From: Escherichia phage BB1
Length of the DNA stretch: 64,000 nucleotides
Sequence record: NC_106597.1
Direction: 5' to 3' (one strand)
The notes beneath the pieces are model-generated. The model had not been told where the DNA came from, searched no databases, and saw nothing but the letters and a program-made list of their open reading frames with translations. Position numbers and translations under genes: made by a program. This document shows positions 1-9,662 of this stretch, in pieces (the first letter of the stretch is position 1; every line of letters starts with the position of its first letter).

Positions 1-213
1 AGATTGCTGGAAAAACGATAAAAACTTTATGCTTCTTTTTGAGTTTAATGTTGACAATGATACCATCAAAAGTTTTGCACCATTGCCCACAGGTATTTTT
101 GAAAATTTTAAACGATCACATAAGCAAGATGTGGAGTTAACTTTAGAAGAAATTCTAGCGGATGATTGGGAGATTGTTGAGCTAGATGTGTAGCAATTAC
201 CGAAAAATTTCAG

Positions 214-242
214 TTGCTTAATCCTATAATTCTTGATATAAT
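214..242 (+). promoter_or_regulatory. sigma70-type promoter (TTGCTT, 17-bp spacer, TATAAT)
   Basis: Read directly: -35 at 214-219, -10 at 237-242. Confidence 0.55.
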
Positions 243-299
243 ATTCTCATAGTTTGAAAGAACTATTCTGTTTAATTCTTAATTAAGGAAATATAAAAT

Positions 300-710
300 A
301 TGACTACTCCAACTCAGTGGACTGATGAACTGTTCGAAAAAATGTCTTCCGAATACGTTGCTCGTATGGAGCAATTCCCAGAGGATGAACGTCCGGGTGT
401 TAGCATGGAAATTGTTAGCGAAATTGCTCAGGAAAATGGTGTAACTCCGAACGGTTTTCGTATGAAGTTGACCAAAGCAGGTGTATATATCAAGAAAGCT
501 GCTGGCTCTGCTTCTAAATCTAGCGCATCTACTGGAGAAAAGGCTTCTGGTGGTTCTCGTACTTCCAAAGCCCAAGCTCATGCCGACCTTCGTTCAGCAT
601 TCTCTGATGCTGGCTTAGCCCCAGATTTTCTGGATGATGCAATTATCGACAAACTGACCGGTAAAGCGGCTGCTCATCTGGCAGAAGCAATCCGAGCTAT
701 CACTAAGTAA
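300..710 (+). CDS. hypothetical protein with HTH-like motif; shares a ~25-aa motif with ORF 3436..4203 and ORF 49446..49853
   Basis: ORF with AAGGAA ribosome-binding site 8 nt upstream; host-like codon choice (ctg/cgt/gct); consensus promoter directly upstream. Confidence 0.6.
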   Translation: MTTPTQWTDELFEKMSSEYVARMEQFPEDERPGVSMEIVSEIAQENGVTPNGFRMKLTKAGVYIKKAAGSASKSSASTGEKASGGSRTSKAQAHADLRSAFSDAGLAPDFLDDAIIDKLTGKAAAHLAEAIRAITK

Positions 711-746
711 TTTTAGATAAATCCACCAACAAAAGGAACTACAGTT

Positions 747-1043
747 ATGACCAAAGCTGAAATTATCGCACAATGTGAAAAATTTGGTGAGTTTTATCTT
801 CATTACGAGAAACTTCGTCAGAAAGGAACCACGTACCTTCAGGGTACGATGGAATTTGATCCAGCCCAAGATAAATATCTGGCTGAGCGTATTAAACGTG
901 AACGTATTCGTAAAGCGAAAGATGATGAGATCCTTGTCTTCTCTCGTACTAATGATAGCTTCCGTTTTATTCCTGTCGAAAAAGTCCGTCGTGTGACTAG
1001 CCTCCAATCAGAGTTAGATCGTGCTTCTCCAGTAGGCCGATAA
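747..1043 (+). CDS. hypothetical protein
   Basis: ORF with AAGGAA RBS; followed by rho-independent terminator. Confidence 0.55.
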   Translation: MTKAEIIAQCEKFGEFYLHYEKLRQKGTTYLQGTMEFDPAQDKYLAERIKRERIRKAKDDEILVFSRTNDSFRFIPVEKVRRVTSLQSELDRASPVGR

Positions 1044-1053
1044 GAAACCAATT

Positions 1054-1076
1054 AGCCCCTATATGGGGCTTTTTGT
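1054..1076 (+). terminator. rho-independent terminator
   Basis: AGCCCC-TATAT-GGGGCT followed by TTTTT. Confidence 0.7.
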
Positions 1077-1093
1077 GTATTTGGGATATGTAA

Positions 1094-1402
1094 ATGAGCG
1101 AACAGGTAAATCAAAACTATGAAGGACACGTTGATGACCAGTCCATCATACTTTGGGAGAAGGAGGGAGAACAAGTAAGACTAACAGTATCTGAATTTCG
1201 TGGGAATCTATACATGGGTATTCGTTACTGGCTTCTTGATATTAATGATGAATGGTTTCCAACGAAATCTGGCTTCTCTTTTCCTTACACCCTAGAAACA
1301 ACATCACAGCTTTTCTATGCGTTTACACAGATTCTTAGCGAATCTGAGGTTTTACATGAAGTACAGAAACGAGCTGAAGAACTCAAAGCCAAGAATGCCT
1401 AG
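1094..1402 (+). CDS. hypothetical protein
   Basis: ORF bracketed by two terminators; weak RBS. Confidence 0.45.
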   Translation: MSEQVNQNYEGHVDDQSIILWEKEGEQVRLTVSEFRGNLYMGIRYWLLDINDEWFPTKSGFSFPYTLETTSQLFYAFTQILSESEVLHEVQKRAEELKAKNA

Positions 1403-1416
1403 TTCTTGGCTTTTTC
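1388..1416 (+). terminator. rho-independent terminator overlapping stop codon
   Basis: GCCAAGAA-TGCCTAG-TTCTTGGC followed by TTTTT. Confidence 0.7.
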
Positions 1417-1429
1417 TTTATAAATGTAT

Positions 1430-1458
1430 TTGCTTTCAACTCAGTTTTATTATATAAT
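1430..1458 (+). promoter_or_regulatory. sigma70-type promoter upstream of ligase N-terminal subunit
   Basis: -35 TTGCTT 1430-1435, 17-bp spacer, -10 TATAAT 1453-1458; downstream ATTTATATAAATTGAT identical to the ligase C-subunit promoter. Confidence 0.6.
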
Positions 1459-1489
1459 ATTTATATAAATTGATGAGAGATATAAATAA

Positions 1490-2461
1490 ATGACTAATGT
1501 AAAAGACTTTATTAAACGCTGTCAAGAAGCATATTATCAAGGTATGTCTTTAATCTCTGATGAGGAGTATGATTGCCTGGTAAAACGCTTCCCATTAGAA
1601 GAAGAGATCGGACCTAAGGGTGATATTCCACATCTATATCGTATGTATTCTTTACAGAAAGTTTATTATAATCGTGGAGATAAACCCCCATTCAACCCAT
1701 TAGGTCAGGTAGAAACTGATAAGTTAGATGGTTGTGCGATTTCTCTGTTATATATTAATGGAGAATTTGTTCAAGCACTAACTCGTGGCAATGGTATTCT
1801 GGGAAATGATGTCACAAGCAACGTAAGATTGCTGAATATCCCTAAAAAGATTTCCCAAAAAATACCTACTCAAATCACTGGTGAAGTTCTAATTACAAAA
1901 GAAGTAGAAAATAAACGTAACTTTGCCTCTGGTGCTATTAACCTCAAAGATAGCGATGATTTCGTACAGCGTATCGGGGAAGGTGGTTTAATCTTCGTCG
2001 CATATGGCATTCAGTGTTCTGCTGAATCTGTAGGTATTACAGAAGCATATTTAAAAGATATGCTTTGGCTGGAGAATGAGAACTTCTTAACAGTTGTTAA
2101 TGTACGTTCCTTCTTTAAATGGATTCCGACGGACGGTAAAGTTGTTCGTATTAATGACAACAACAAATTCTTCCGTGAAGGCTGGACTAATAAATTCCCT
2201 CGCGGGGCGTTCGCTATTAAAGAGGATGAAGAAGGCGAGATTACAACTCTTACTAAAGTTGAATGGCAGGTAGGGGCTTCTGGTAAAGTAACTCCAGTTG
2301 GTTATTTCGAACCGGTAATTATTGATGATGCTACAATTGTTAAAGCGACTCTTAATAACGTTGATTATATTAACTCTCTCGATCTAGAGATCGGTTGCCA
2401 GATTCGAGTGATTCGTGCTGGTGGTGTAATCCCGTGCATAGTAGAGCGAGTATACGATTAA
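1490..2461 (+). CDS. NAD-dependent DNA ligase, N-terminal (adenylation) subunit
   Basis: KxDG adenylation motif (ETDKLDGCAISLLY); own consensus promoter; T5-like phages carry a split NAD ligase. Confidence 0.8.
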   Translation: MTNVKDFIKRCQEAYYQGMSLISDEEYDCLVKRFPLEEEIGPKGDIPHLYRMYSLQKVYYNRGDKPPFNPLGQVETDKLDGCAISLLYINGEFVQALTRGNGILGNDVTSNVRLLNIPKKISQKIPTQITGEVLITKEVENKRNFASGAINLKDSDDFVQRIGEGGLIFVAYGIQCSAESVGITEAYLKDMLWLENENFLTVVNVRSFFKWIPTDGKVVRINDNNKFFREGWTNKFPRGAFAIKEDEEGEITTLTKVEWQVGASGKVTPVGYFEPVIIDDATIVKATLNNVDYINSLDLEIGCQIRVIRAGGVIPCIVERVYD

Positions 2462-2511
2462 TACATAACCCTTTGCTACCCATCTACCATATCGGAATTA
2501 TAAAGTGGTTA

Positions 2512-2540
2512 TTGACATTTTCGCCGCTTAGGTATATACT
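2512..2540 (+). promoter_or_regulatory. sigma70-type promoter (TTGACA, 17 bp, TATACT)
   Basis: Read directly in the ligase intergenic region. Confidence 0.45.
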
Positions 2541-2604
2541 ATTATCATTCAGTTGAGGGATAGAAAGTTATGGCGAGGGTAAGCAAAGTTAGTTAAAATT
2601 GTAG

Positions 2605-2633
2605 TTGCTAAATGCTTAAATACTTGCTATAAT
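2605..2633 (+). promoter_or_regulatory. sigma70-type promoter upstream of ligase C-terminal subunit
   Basis: -35 TTGCTA 2605-2610, 17-bp spacer, -10 TATAAT 2628-2633. Confidence 0.6.
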
Positions 2634-2663
2634 ATTTATATAAATTGATAAGGAAGAAATTTG

Positions 2664-3443
2664 ATGAAAATCGAAATTCCAACACAATGTCCCTCTTGTG
2701 GTTCTAAGCTAGATCTTGTCAACGGACAATTATTCTGTCGGAATAAGTCCAACTGTCCAGCGCAATCAAGCAAGTTAATTGAGAACTTCTGTTCAAAAAT
2801 GAAGTTAAAGGGCTTTGGCCCAAAAACTATTGAGAAGCTGGAGCTGACGAAGATTTCAGAACTATTTTACCTAACCGAAGAAGATTTGGTTAGAGCCGTG
2901 GGTAGCAAGGTTGCCGCTAAGTTAATTAGCGAATTAAATACTAAAGTTCGCGGAGACATTGACTTTGGTTCAGTTCTCGGTTCTTTAGGAATCCCTCTAA
3001 TTGGAGAGGTTGCAGCAAAGAAATTATCCCAAAATTGCACTAGCTTCCATGATGTGAAGGCTGACGGCAAGGCTGGAGAAAATTATAAAGCCTGGCTAAA
3101 TTCCCCACAAGGCAAGGATGTTATCGAATTACCGTGGAAATTTTCAACTGGTATTAAGGGCACTAAAGCTGACGTCATCATTACAGATGAATTAGTTGCC
3201 CAGCCAAATGGAATCGCGGTATGTATTACCGGATCTTTGCAAGATTTTGCAAATCGAACGGATGCAACAAACTATTTAGAAAGTCTAGGGTATACGGTTA
3301 AGAAATCCGTTACCAAAGACGTCAAATACCTAATCTGTGAGGATGAATCGAAGCGTTCTTCCTCATCTTATAAGAAAGCCGAAACGAATGGGATAGAAAT
3401 CCTGTCGATTAAAGAACTATTGGAGAAAAATAATAATGTCTAA
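2664..3443 (+). CDS. NAD-dependent DNA ligase, C-terminal subunit (Zn-finger/HhH/BRCT)
   Basis: Four-Cys zinc finger (CPSCGSKL...CRNKSNCPAQ); start moved to ATG 2664, 7 nt after AAGGAAG; track ORF begins at TTG 2661. Confidence 0.75.
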   Translation: MKIEIPTQCPSCGSKLDLVNGQLFCRNKSNCPAQSSKLIENFCSKMKLKGFGPKTIEKLELTKISELFYLTEEDLVRAVGSKVAAKLISELNTKVRGDIDFGSVLGSLGIPLIGEVAAKKLSQNCTSFHDVKADGKAGENYKAWLNSPQGKDVIELPWKFSTGIKGTKADVIITDELVAQPNGIAVCITGSLQDFANRTDATNYLESLGYTVKKSVTKDVKYLICEDESKRSSSSYKKAETNGIEILSIKELLEKNNNV

Positions 3444-4203
3444 ACTGAACTGGAACGTAGAAGGTGTAACCGAGTCTCTGAAAGCAAAAGCCACTGCTCT
3501 GGGTGTTTCTGTAATCTCTCAAGAACAAGTAGCTGCTATCGCTACTGAACTGGCTGCTGAAACTGGCAAAGATGTTACTGCTCGCTCTGTTGGCTCTAAA
3601 CTGCGTAAAGAAGGTTTTGAAGTACAGAAAGCTAACGAAGTACAGAAATCCCCGTGGACTCCTGAGCAGGAAGCTGAACTGGTTGATTTCCTGAACGCTC
3701 ATGCTGGTCAGTATACCTATGCTGAAATCGCTGCTGCTGTAGCTGGTGGTCAGTTCGGTGCTAAACAGGTACAGGGTAAGATCCTGAGTCTGGAAATGAC
3801 TGCTTCTGTTAAACCAACTGAAAAAGCTGCTGCTGTTCGTTCCTTTACTCCGGATGAAGAAACTGATTTTGTTAATCAGGTTGTTGCTGGTGCTACTATT
3901 GAAGCTATCGCTGCTCACTTCGGTCGTAATATCAAGCAGATCCGTGGTAAAGCTCTGAGCCTGCTTCGTGAAGGTCGTATCGCTGCTATGCCGGTACAGG
4001 AAACCTCAAGTGCTAAAACTCGTGAAGATCTGTTAGAAGGTCTGGATCTGGCTAACATGACTGTTGCTGAGATCGCTGAGAAAACTGGTAAATCTGAGCG
4101 CGGTGTTAAATCTATGCTGTCTCGTCGTGGTCTGGTTGCTAAGGACTATGATGGTGCCGCTAAGCGTGCTAAACTGGATGCAAAAGCTGCGGCTGCTGAA
4201 TAA
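3436..4203 (+). CDS. putative abundant DNA-binding protein with four tandem HTH-like repeats (possibly T5 D5-like)
   Basis: Strong host-like codon bias; four internal repeats of a LuxR/sigma region-4-like motif (e.g. VAEIAEKTGKSERGVKSMLSRRGLVAK); size fits a ~28 kDa protein. Confidence 0.45.
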   Translation: MSKLNWNVEGVTESLKAKATALGVSVISQEQVAAIATELAAETGKDVTARSVGSKLRKEGFEVQKANEVQKSPWTPEQEAELVDFLNAHAGQYTYAEIAAAVAGGQFGAKQVQGKILSLEMTASVKPTEKAAAVRSFTPDEETDFVNQVVAGATIEAIAAHFGRNIKQIRGKALSLLREGRIAAMPVQETSSAKTREDLLEGLDLANMTVAEIAEKTGKSERGVKSMLSRRGLVAKDYDGAAKRAKLDAKAAAAE

Positions 4204-4220
4204 TCTGGTAAATTAAACCT

Positions 4221-4253
4221 AAGGGGAGGGGGCTATGCTCCTTCCCCTTTTTG
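4221..4253 (+). terminator. rho-independent terminator
   Basis: AAGGGGAGGGGG...CCTTCCCCTT followed by T-run. Confidence 0.7.
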
Positions 4254-4285
4254 CATTTAGAAGGCACGAAAGCGTGCAAAGGAGA

Positions 4286-5758
4286 ATGACCTTGTTTAAC
4301 GTGCAAGCTGTAGTGTTGAAGATGCTTCTAGCTTCTGAACAGAAGCAAATAGCATTGGAAACATTCTCAAAACTGCATAAAGATCATTTTAATGACGCTT
4401 TCTCCTCAATTTACCAAGCCGTCCAGAATTATTATAAAAAATATAACACAATGCCGTCCATTGATGCACTGATGCTTGAGGCTAATAGGAACGCCCGCCT
4501 TTCTCAAGCTCTAGTCGTCTTAGCTAACACTCAAATTCCAGAAGTGAGCATGGAACAGGCACTTGAAGTCCTAGAGGCCGAATATACACAGGATTTATTC
4601 CTGAAGCTTCTAGAAACAGACGTGCTTCAAGATTTAACAATGCTGGATCAGGGAGAAATTCTCAACCGAGTTGCCTCCCTTCACTTAAAATTAGAAGAGA
4701 AAGTAACGAATACTGGAAAAGTATTCAACGCAGATAACATGCGTATTTTCCAGAGAGAAGAAGATACCAAACTGAACCTAATCGCTCTTGGTATTTGTAA
4801 TGAGTTCGACGCTCAAATTGGTTTAGCTCGCACAGAAACGTTACTGCTTGGTGGTTGGCGTGGTACTGGTAAATCCATTATCTGTTCAAACATACAGGTT
4901 CAGCAATATTTGAATGGAGATATTGCTCCATACTTCTCAATTGAGATGAAAGAACATGAAGTATTTAGACGTAATCTAGCCATGTTAGCTGGTGTATCAG
5001 CATTAGCAATGCGTAATAATACTCTAGAAGGTGCAGCTCTGTTGAGATTGGCCAGAACTAGAGCTAGAATGTTTAATGGGGGTGAAGAGCTTTTTGATAA
5101 CTTCGTTAAACAGTACACAATGGCTAAGATGAGTGATTTCTACGATATGGAGAGTAAGCTAATAGAGGGATATGAACTACATACTCCCATGATTATTGTT
5201 TATGATCCTGAACTGTCCATTACAACAGTTGACGTAGAATTAAATAAATTAGTTGCTAGATACGGAGATAAAGTTACAGTAGCTTTACTGGACTATATTA
5301 ACCAAACCCGACTTCCAGACTCTAAAACCATTGATATGTATGACTGGAAAGAACAGATGGTTGTTAGCTCGTCTTTCAAATCTATCTGCCAGAAACATAA
5401 CGTGGCTGGCGTAGCTCCTTACCAGATCGATCAAGATGGTAGAACACGTATGTCAAAGGGGATTCTTGATTCTGCAGACATGGCTGCTAATCTTAATGCT
5501 GCAAAAGCTGATAATGGTCAAGGTGCTATTATGTTTGACTTCGTTAAGACTCGTTCTTCTGATAGCGTGAAGTTTATGCCTAAAATGAACTGGGAAACCC
5601 TGCGGATGGATAACACTACCAACCTAGCAATGGAAGATATATCTCAAATGGAAGCTGAGTTCGTTATCCCTATTGAGAAGGATAAGCCGGCTCAACCTAA
5701 ACGTGCTAAGAAAGACAAAGCTGAAAATTCAACAGGTGAACAGGCCAGCGATATATGA
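4286..5758 (+). CDS. DnaB-like replicative helicase / RecA-fold ATPase
   Basis: P-loop LGGWRGTGKS; sits directly upstream of primase; track ORF start 4235 lies inside a terminator hairpin so start is probably ATG 4286 or TTG 4292. Confidence 0.55.
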   Translation: MTLFNVQAVVLKMLLASEQKQIALETFSKLHKDHFNDAFSSIYQAVQNYYKKYNTMPSIDALMLEANRNARLSQALVVLANTQIPEVSMEQALEVLEAEYTQDLFLKLLETDVLQDLTMLDQGEILNRVASLHLKLEEKVTNTGKVFNADNMRIFQREEDTKLNLIALGICNEFDAQIGLARTETLLLGGWRGTGKSIICSNIQVQQYLNGDIAPYFSIEMKEHEVFRRNLAMLAGVSALAMRNNTLEGAALLRLARTRARMFNGGEELFDNFVKQYTMAKMSDFYDMESKLIEGYELHTPMIIVYDPELSITTVDVELNKLVARYGDKVTVALLDYINQTRLPDSKTIDMYDWKEQMVVSSSFKSICQKHNVAGVAPYQIDQDGRTRMSKGILDSADMAANLNAAKADNGQGAIMFDFVKTRSSDSVKFMPKMNWETLRMDNTTNLAMEDISQMEAEFVIPIEKDKPAQPKRAKKDKAENSTGEQASDI

Positions 5759-6645
5759 GTAGAATAACAGAACTACTTGATCTGAAAGGCATTGAATATA
5801 AAGACACAGGTGGGGACATCCTCATCTGTTGTCTCAATCCAGATCATGACGATAAACACCCAAGTTTGCGTATTGATCCTGAAACAGGTATTATGCACTG
5901 CTTGAGTTGTGGCTTCGGTAAAGGTATACCGAGCATTTACCATTATTTTAATGAGACTCAGTACCGACAGTCCCCAAGACTATCACAGGTACGTAAAAAG
6001 ATTTCAGAGATTAGGAATGGATCTACGAATCTTGCAATTCCTGAATCTGCTTACCTTTTCGAAGGTGATTTCCGAGGTATAAGTTCTAAGACCTTGAAGA
6101 AATATTTTGCTTTCCAACACCAAGCAGACTGGGAAGGCAGAATTGTATTCCCAATCACAGATGCTGTTGGACGCAATATCCTATTTTTGGGTCGTTCTAT
6201 AAACAGTTCTGCCCCTCCTAAATACCTAGTAAAACCAAAACAAGTTTCACCGCCAATTTTTCCTGTACGATATAATACTCCAGTTCTTATTCTAGTTGAA
6301 GGTATCTTTGATATGCTGAATCTAGAGGATAATGGTATAGACTATGCTTCTTGTTGCTTTGGTACACATCAGTTTACTTCAGACAACATTGCAGATAAGT
6401 TCAGTCCGTATATTATTGCTGGTGTTAAAGTTGTTGTTATCTTACTAGATAATGATGCTTCTGGTAATAAAGCTGCACAAGCACTGGCTAAGCTAATTCG
6501 TACAAAAACGCGTTTAACACCTGTAGTTGCTAACTTTCTTCTGCCTGAAGGTAAAGACCCAGGTGACTTAAATAAAGAAGAAATTGATATGTTAGCAAAA
6601 CGTATTGAAATTTTAGTTGCTGAATCGCTTAAAGATTTGGTATAA
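5755..6645 (+). CDS. DNA primase (CHC2 zinc finger + TOPRIM)
   Basis: CxxH...CxxC zinc finger (CLNPDHDDKHP...HCLSCG); TOPRIM-like LVEGIFDMLNL and acidic LLDNDASG; ATGA overlap with helicase. Confidence 0.7.
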   Translation: MSRITELLDLKGIEYKDTGGDILICCLNPDHDDKHPSLRIDPETGIMHCLSCGFGKGIPSIYHYFNETQYRQSPRLSQVRKKISEIRNGSTNLAIPESAYLFEGDFRGISSKTLKKYFAFQHQADWEGRIVFPITDAVGRNILFLGRSINSSAPPKYLVKPKQVSPPIFPVRYNTPVLILVEGIFDMLNLEDNGIDYASCCFGTHQFTSDNIADKFSPYIIAGVKVVVILLDNDASGNKAAQALAKLIRTKTRLTPVVANFLLPEGKDPGDLNKEEIDMLAKRIEILVAESLKDLV

Positions 6646-6671
6646 TAGTCCTAAATAACTGAGGAGCTACT

Positions 6672-7001
6672 ATGGAATATGTATATATTTATGCGGATGT
6701 TCCAGTGTATGATAGTATAACACACAAAGAGGTTAAACTAGAGCGGTTTACAACACTGGAGTCCCTTAATAAACGAAAGAATTTCCATTTATTTGGTGAT
6801 CCTAAATTACCTGCATCTTATATTTACTTTAAAGTAAAAGATACAGGTCAAGAGGTATACCTAACATATGATTGGGCTGTTGTAGAAAATACTGAGCAAT
6901 CTATGAAAGCGCTAGATGCTTTTCTGCGTATAGATGAAGAATTTCGGGTACTAGAAAAGCAGCGCAATGAAATGCGTAAATTACTTCACACCTATAAATA
7001 G
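6672..7001 (+). CDS. hypothetical protein
   Basis: ORF with GAGGAG RBS. Confidence 0.5.
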   Translation: MEYVYIYADVPVYDSITHKEVKLERFTTLESLNKRKNFHLFGDPKLPASYIYFKVKDTGQEVYLTYDWAVVENTEQSMKALDAFLRIDEEFRVLEKQRNEMRKLLHTYK

Positions 7002-7004
7002 TAT

Positions 7005-7033
7005 TTGCTATTATCCCAATATTTTGATATAAT
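7005..7033 (+). promoter_or_regulatory. sigma70-type promoter upstream of DNA polymerase
   Basis: -35 TTGCTA 7005-7010, 17-bp spacer, -10 TATAAT 7028-7033. Confidence 0.6.
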
Positions 7034-7094
7034 ATATTGGTAAGTTAGAGAAGAAACACTGAAGTTATACTTACTTACCAAGAGGAGATTAAAT

Positions 7095-9662
7095 TTGAAA
7101 ATCGCAGTAGTTGATAAAGCTCTAAACAACACTCGTTATGATAAACATTTCCAGCTATACGGCGAGGAAGTTGATGTATTCCATATGTGTAACGAGAAGT
7201 TATCTGGTCGTTTGCTTAAAAAGCACATTACTATTGGAACACCAGAAAACCCATTTGATCCTAATGATTATGATTTTGTTATACTAGTAGGTGCCGAACC
7301 TTTCCTGTACTTTGCAGGTAAGAAAGGTATTGGTGATTATACCGGTAAACGTGTAGAGTATAATGGATATGCTAACTGGATTGCGAGTATCAGCCCAGCC
7401 CAGTTACATTTTAAACCTGAAATGAAACCAGTTTTTGATGCAACAGTAGAGAATATCCACGATATTATCAATGGTCGTGAGAAGATTGCAAAAGCTGGTG
7501 ATTACCGTCCTATTACTGACCCTGATGAGGCGGAAGAATATATCAAGATGGTGTATAATATGGTTATCGGACCTGTCGCATTCGACTCCGAAACCTCAGC
7601 ACTATACTGTCGAGATGGTTATCTGCTTGGTGTTTCTATGTCTCACCAAGAATATCAGGGTGTATATATCGATTCTGATTGTCTCACAGAGGTTGCAGTA
7701 TATTATCTCCAGAAAATTCTGGATAGTGAAAACCACACTATTGTTTTTCACAACTTGAAGTTTGATATGCACTTTTATAAGTACCATCTGGGACTTGCTT
7801 TTGATAAAGCGCATAAAGAACGCAGGCTCCATGATACCATGTTGCAGCACTATGTTCTAGATGAACGTCGTGGTACTCATGGCTTGAAATCTCTAGCGAT
7901 GAAGTACACCGATATGGGTGACTATGACTTCGAACTAGATAAGTTCAAAGATGATTACTGCAAAGCACATAAAATCAAGAAAGAAGATTTCACCTATGAT
8001 TTAATTCCGTTTGATATTATGTGGCCTTACGCTGCGAAAGATACAGATGCTACCATACGTTTGCACAACTTCTTCTTACCAAAAATTGAGAAGAATGAAA
8101 AACTTTGCAGTCTGTATTACGATGTTCTAATGCCTGGTTGTGTATTCCTACAGCGTGTTGAAGATCGTGGTGTACCTATTTCTGTTGATCGTTTAAAAGA
8201 AGCTCAGTATCAGTTAACCCATAATCTGAATAAAGCCCGTGAGAAACTGTATACTTATCCAGAAGTCGTTCAGCTAGAAAAAGACCAGAACGAAGCATTT
8301 AACCCAAACTCTGTTAAGCAGCTACGTGTTCTTCTGTTTGATTATGTTGGTTTAACTCCAACAGGTAAACTGACGGATACTGGAGCAGATTCTACGGATG
8401 CAGAAGCTCTGAATGAACTGGCTACGCAGCATCCAATTGCTAAAACTCTGCTAGAGATTCGTAAGCTGACTAAGCTAATTTCTACTTATGTTGAGAAAAT
8501 TCTTCTGAGTATTGATGCAGATGGTTGCATTCGTACTGGTTTCCACGAACATATGACTACTTCTGGTCGTCTGAGTTCTTCTGGTAAACTGAACCTGCAA
8601 CAGTTACCTCGTGATGAATCTATTATCAAGGGTTGTGTAGTAGCTCCTCCTGGGTACCGTGTAATCGCGTGGGACTTAACAACTGCGGAAGTTTACTATG
8701 CTGCTGTTCTATCTGGTGATAGAAATATGCAACAGGTATTTATCAACATGAGAAATGAACCTGATAAATACCCTGACTTCCACTCTAACATCGCACACAT
8801 GGTATTTAAGCTCCAATGCGAGCCTCGTGATGTTAAAAAGTTATTCCCAGCTCTGCGTCAGGCTGCTAAGGCAATTACCTTCGGTATTTTGTATGGTTCT
8901 GGTCCGGCTAAAGTAGCTCATTCTGTTAACGAAGCTCTTCTGGAACAGGCTGCTAAGACAGGAGAACCGTTTGTTGAGTGTACTGTTGCTGATGCGAAGG
9001 ACTATATCGAAACTTACTTCGGTCAGTTCCCGCAGCTTAAGCGTTGGATTGATAAGTGCCACGATCAGATCAAGAATCATGGATTTATCTATAGTCACTT
9101 TGGTCGTAAACGTCGTCTGCATAATATCCATTCAGAAGACCGTGGCGTTCAGGGTGAAGAAATTCGTTCTGGGTTTAACGCAATCATTCAGTCTGCTTCT
9201 TCTGATAGCCTACTTTTAGGTGCTGTAGATGCAGATAATGAGATCATTTCTCTTGGCCTAGAACAAGAGATGAAGATTGTTATGCTGGTTCACGACTCCG
9301 TAGTTGCTATTGTTCGTGAGGATTTGATCGACCAATACAATGAAATCCTGATTCGTAATATTCAGAAAGACCGTGGTATTAGTATTCCTGGCTGTCCGAT
9401 TGGTATTGATTCAGATTCTGAAGCTGGAGGTTCTCGTGACTACTCTTGTGGTAAGATGAAGAAACAGCACCCATCAATCGCTTGTATTGATGATGATGAA
9501 TATACTCGTTATGTCAAGGGTGTATTACTTGATGCAGAGTTCGAGTATAAGAAACTAGCTGCAATGGATAAAGAGCATCCAGATCATAGCAAATACAAGG
9601 ATGATAAGTTTATTGCTGTATGTAAAGATTTGGATAACGTGAGAAGGATTCTCGGTGCTTAA
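7095..9662 (+). CDS. DNA polymerase, family A, with 3'-5' exonuclease domain
   Basis: Exo motif FDSETSALY; motif B RQAAKAITFGILYGSG; motif C LVHDS; TTG start 7 nt after AGAGGAG; 855 aa, as recalled for T5 polymerase. Confidence 0.9.
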   Translation: MKIAVVDKALNNTRYDKHFQLYGEEVDVFHMCNEKLSGRLLKKHITIGTPENPFDPNDYDFVILVGAEPFLYFAGKKGIGDYTGKRVEYNGYANWIASISPAQLHFKPEMKPVFDATVENIHDIINGREKIAKAGDYRPITDPDEAEEYIKMVYNMVIGPVAFDSETSALYCRDGYLLGVSMSHQEYQGVYIDSDCLTEVAVYYLQKILDSENHTIVFHNLKFDMHFYKYHLGLAFDKAHKERRLHDTMLQHYVLDERRGTHGLKSLAMKYTDMGDYDFELDKFKDDYCKAHKIKKEDFTYDLIPFDIMWPYAAKDTDATIRLHNFFLPKIEKNEKLCSLYYDVLMPGCVFLQRVEDRGVPISVDRLKEAQYQLTHNLNKAREKLYTYPEVVQLEKDQNEAFNPNSVKQLRVLLFDYVGLTPTGKLTDTGADSTDAEALNELATQHPIAKTLLEIRKLTKLISTYVEKILLSIDADGCIRTGFHEHMTTSGRLSSSGKLNLQQLPRDESIIKGCVVAPPGYRVIAWDLTTAEVYYAAVLSGDRNMQQVFINMRNEPDKYPDFHSNIAHMVFKLQCEPRDVKKLFPALRQAAKAITFGILYGSGPAKVAHSVNEALLEQAAKTGEPFVECTVADAKDYIETYFGQFPQLKRWIDKCHDQIKNHGFIYSHFGRKRRLHNIHSEDRGVQGEEIRSGFNAIIQSASSDSLLLGAVDADNEIISLGLEQEMKIVMLVHDSVVAIVREDLIDQYNEILIRNIQKDRGISIPGCPIGIDSDSEAGGSRDYSCGKMKKQHPSIACIDDDEYTRYVKGVLLDAEFEYKKLAAMDKEHPDHSKYKDDKFIAVCKDLDNVRRILGA

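Noticed and set aside
279-1051. Antisense or alternate-frame ORFs (279..581, 615..1007, 775..996, 839..1051) overlapping genes 300..710 and 747..1043
   Set aside because: Opposite strand or frame to better-supported genes with RBS and promoter; no independent signals.
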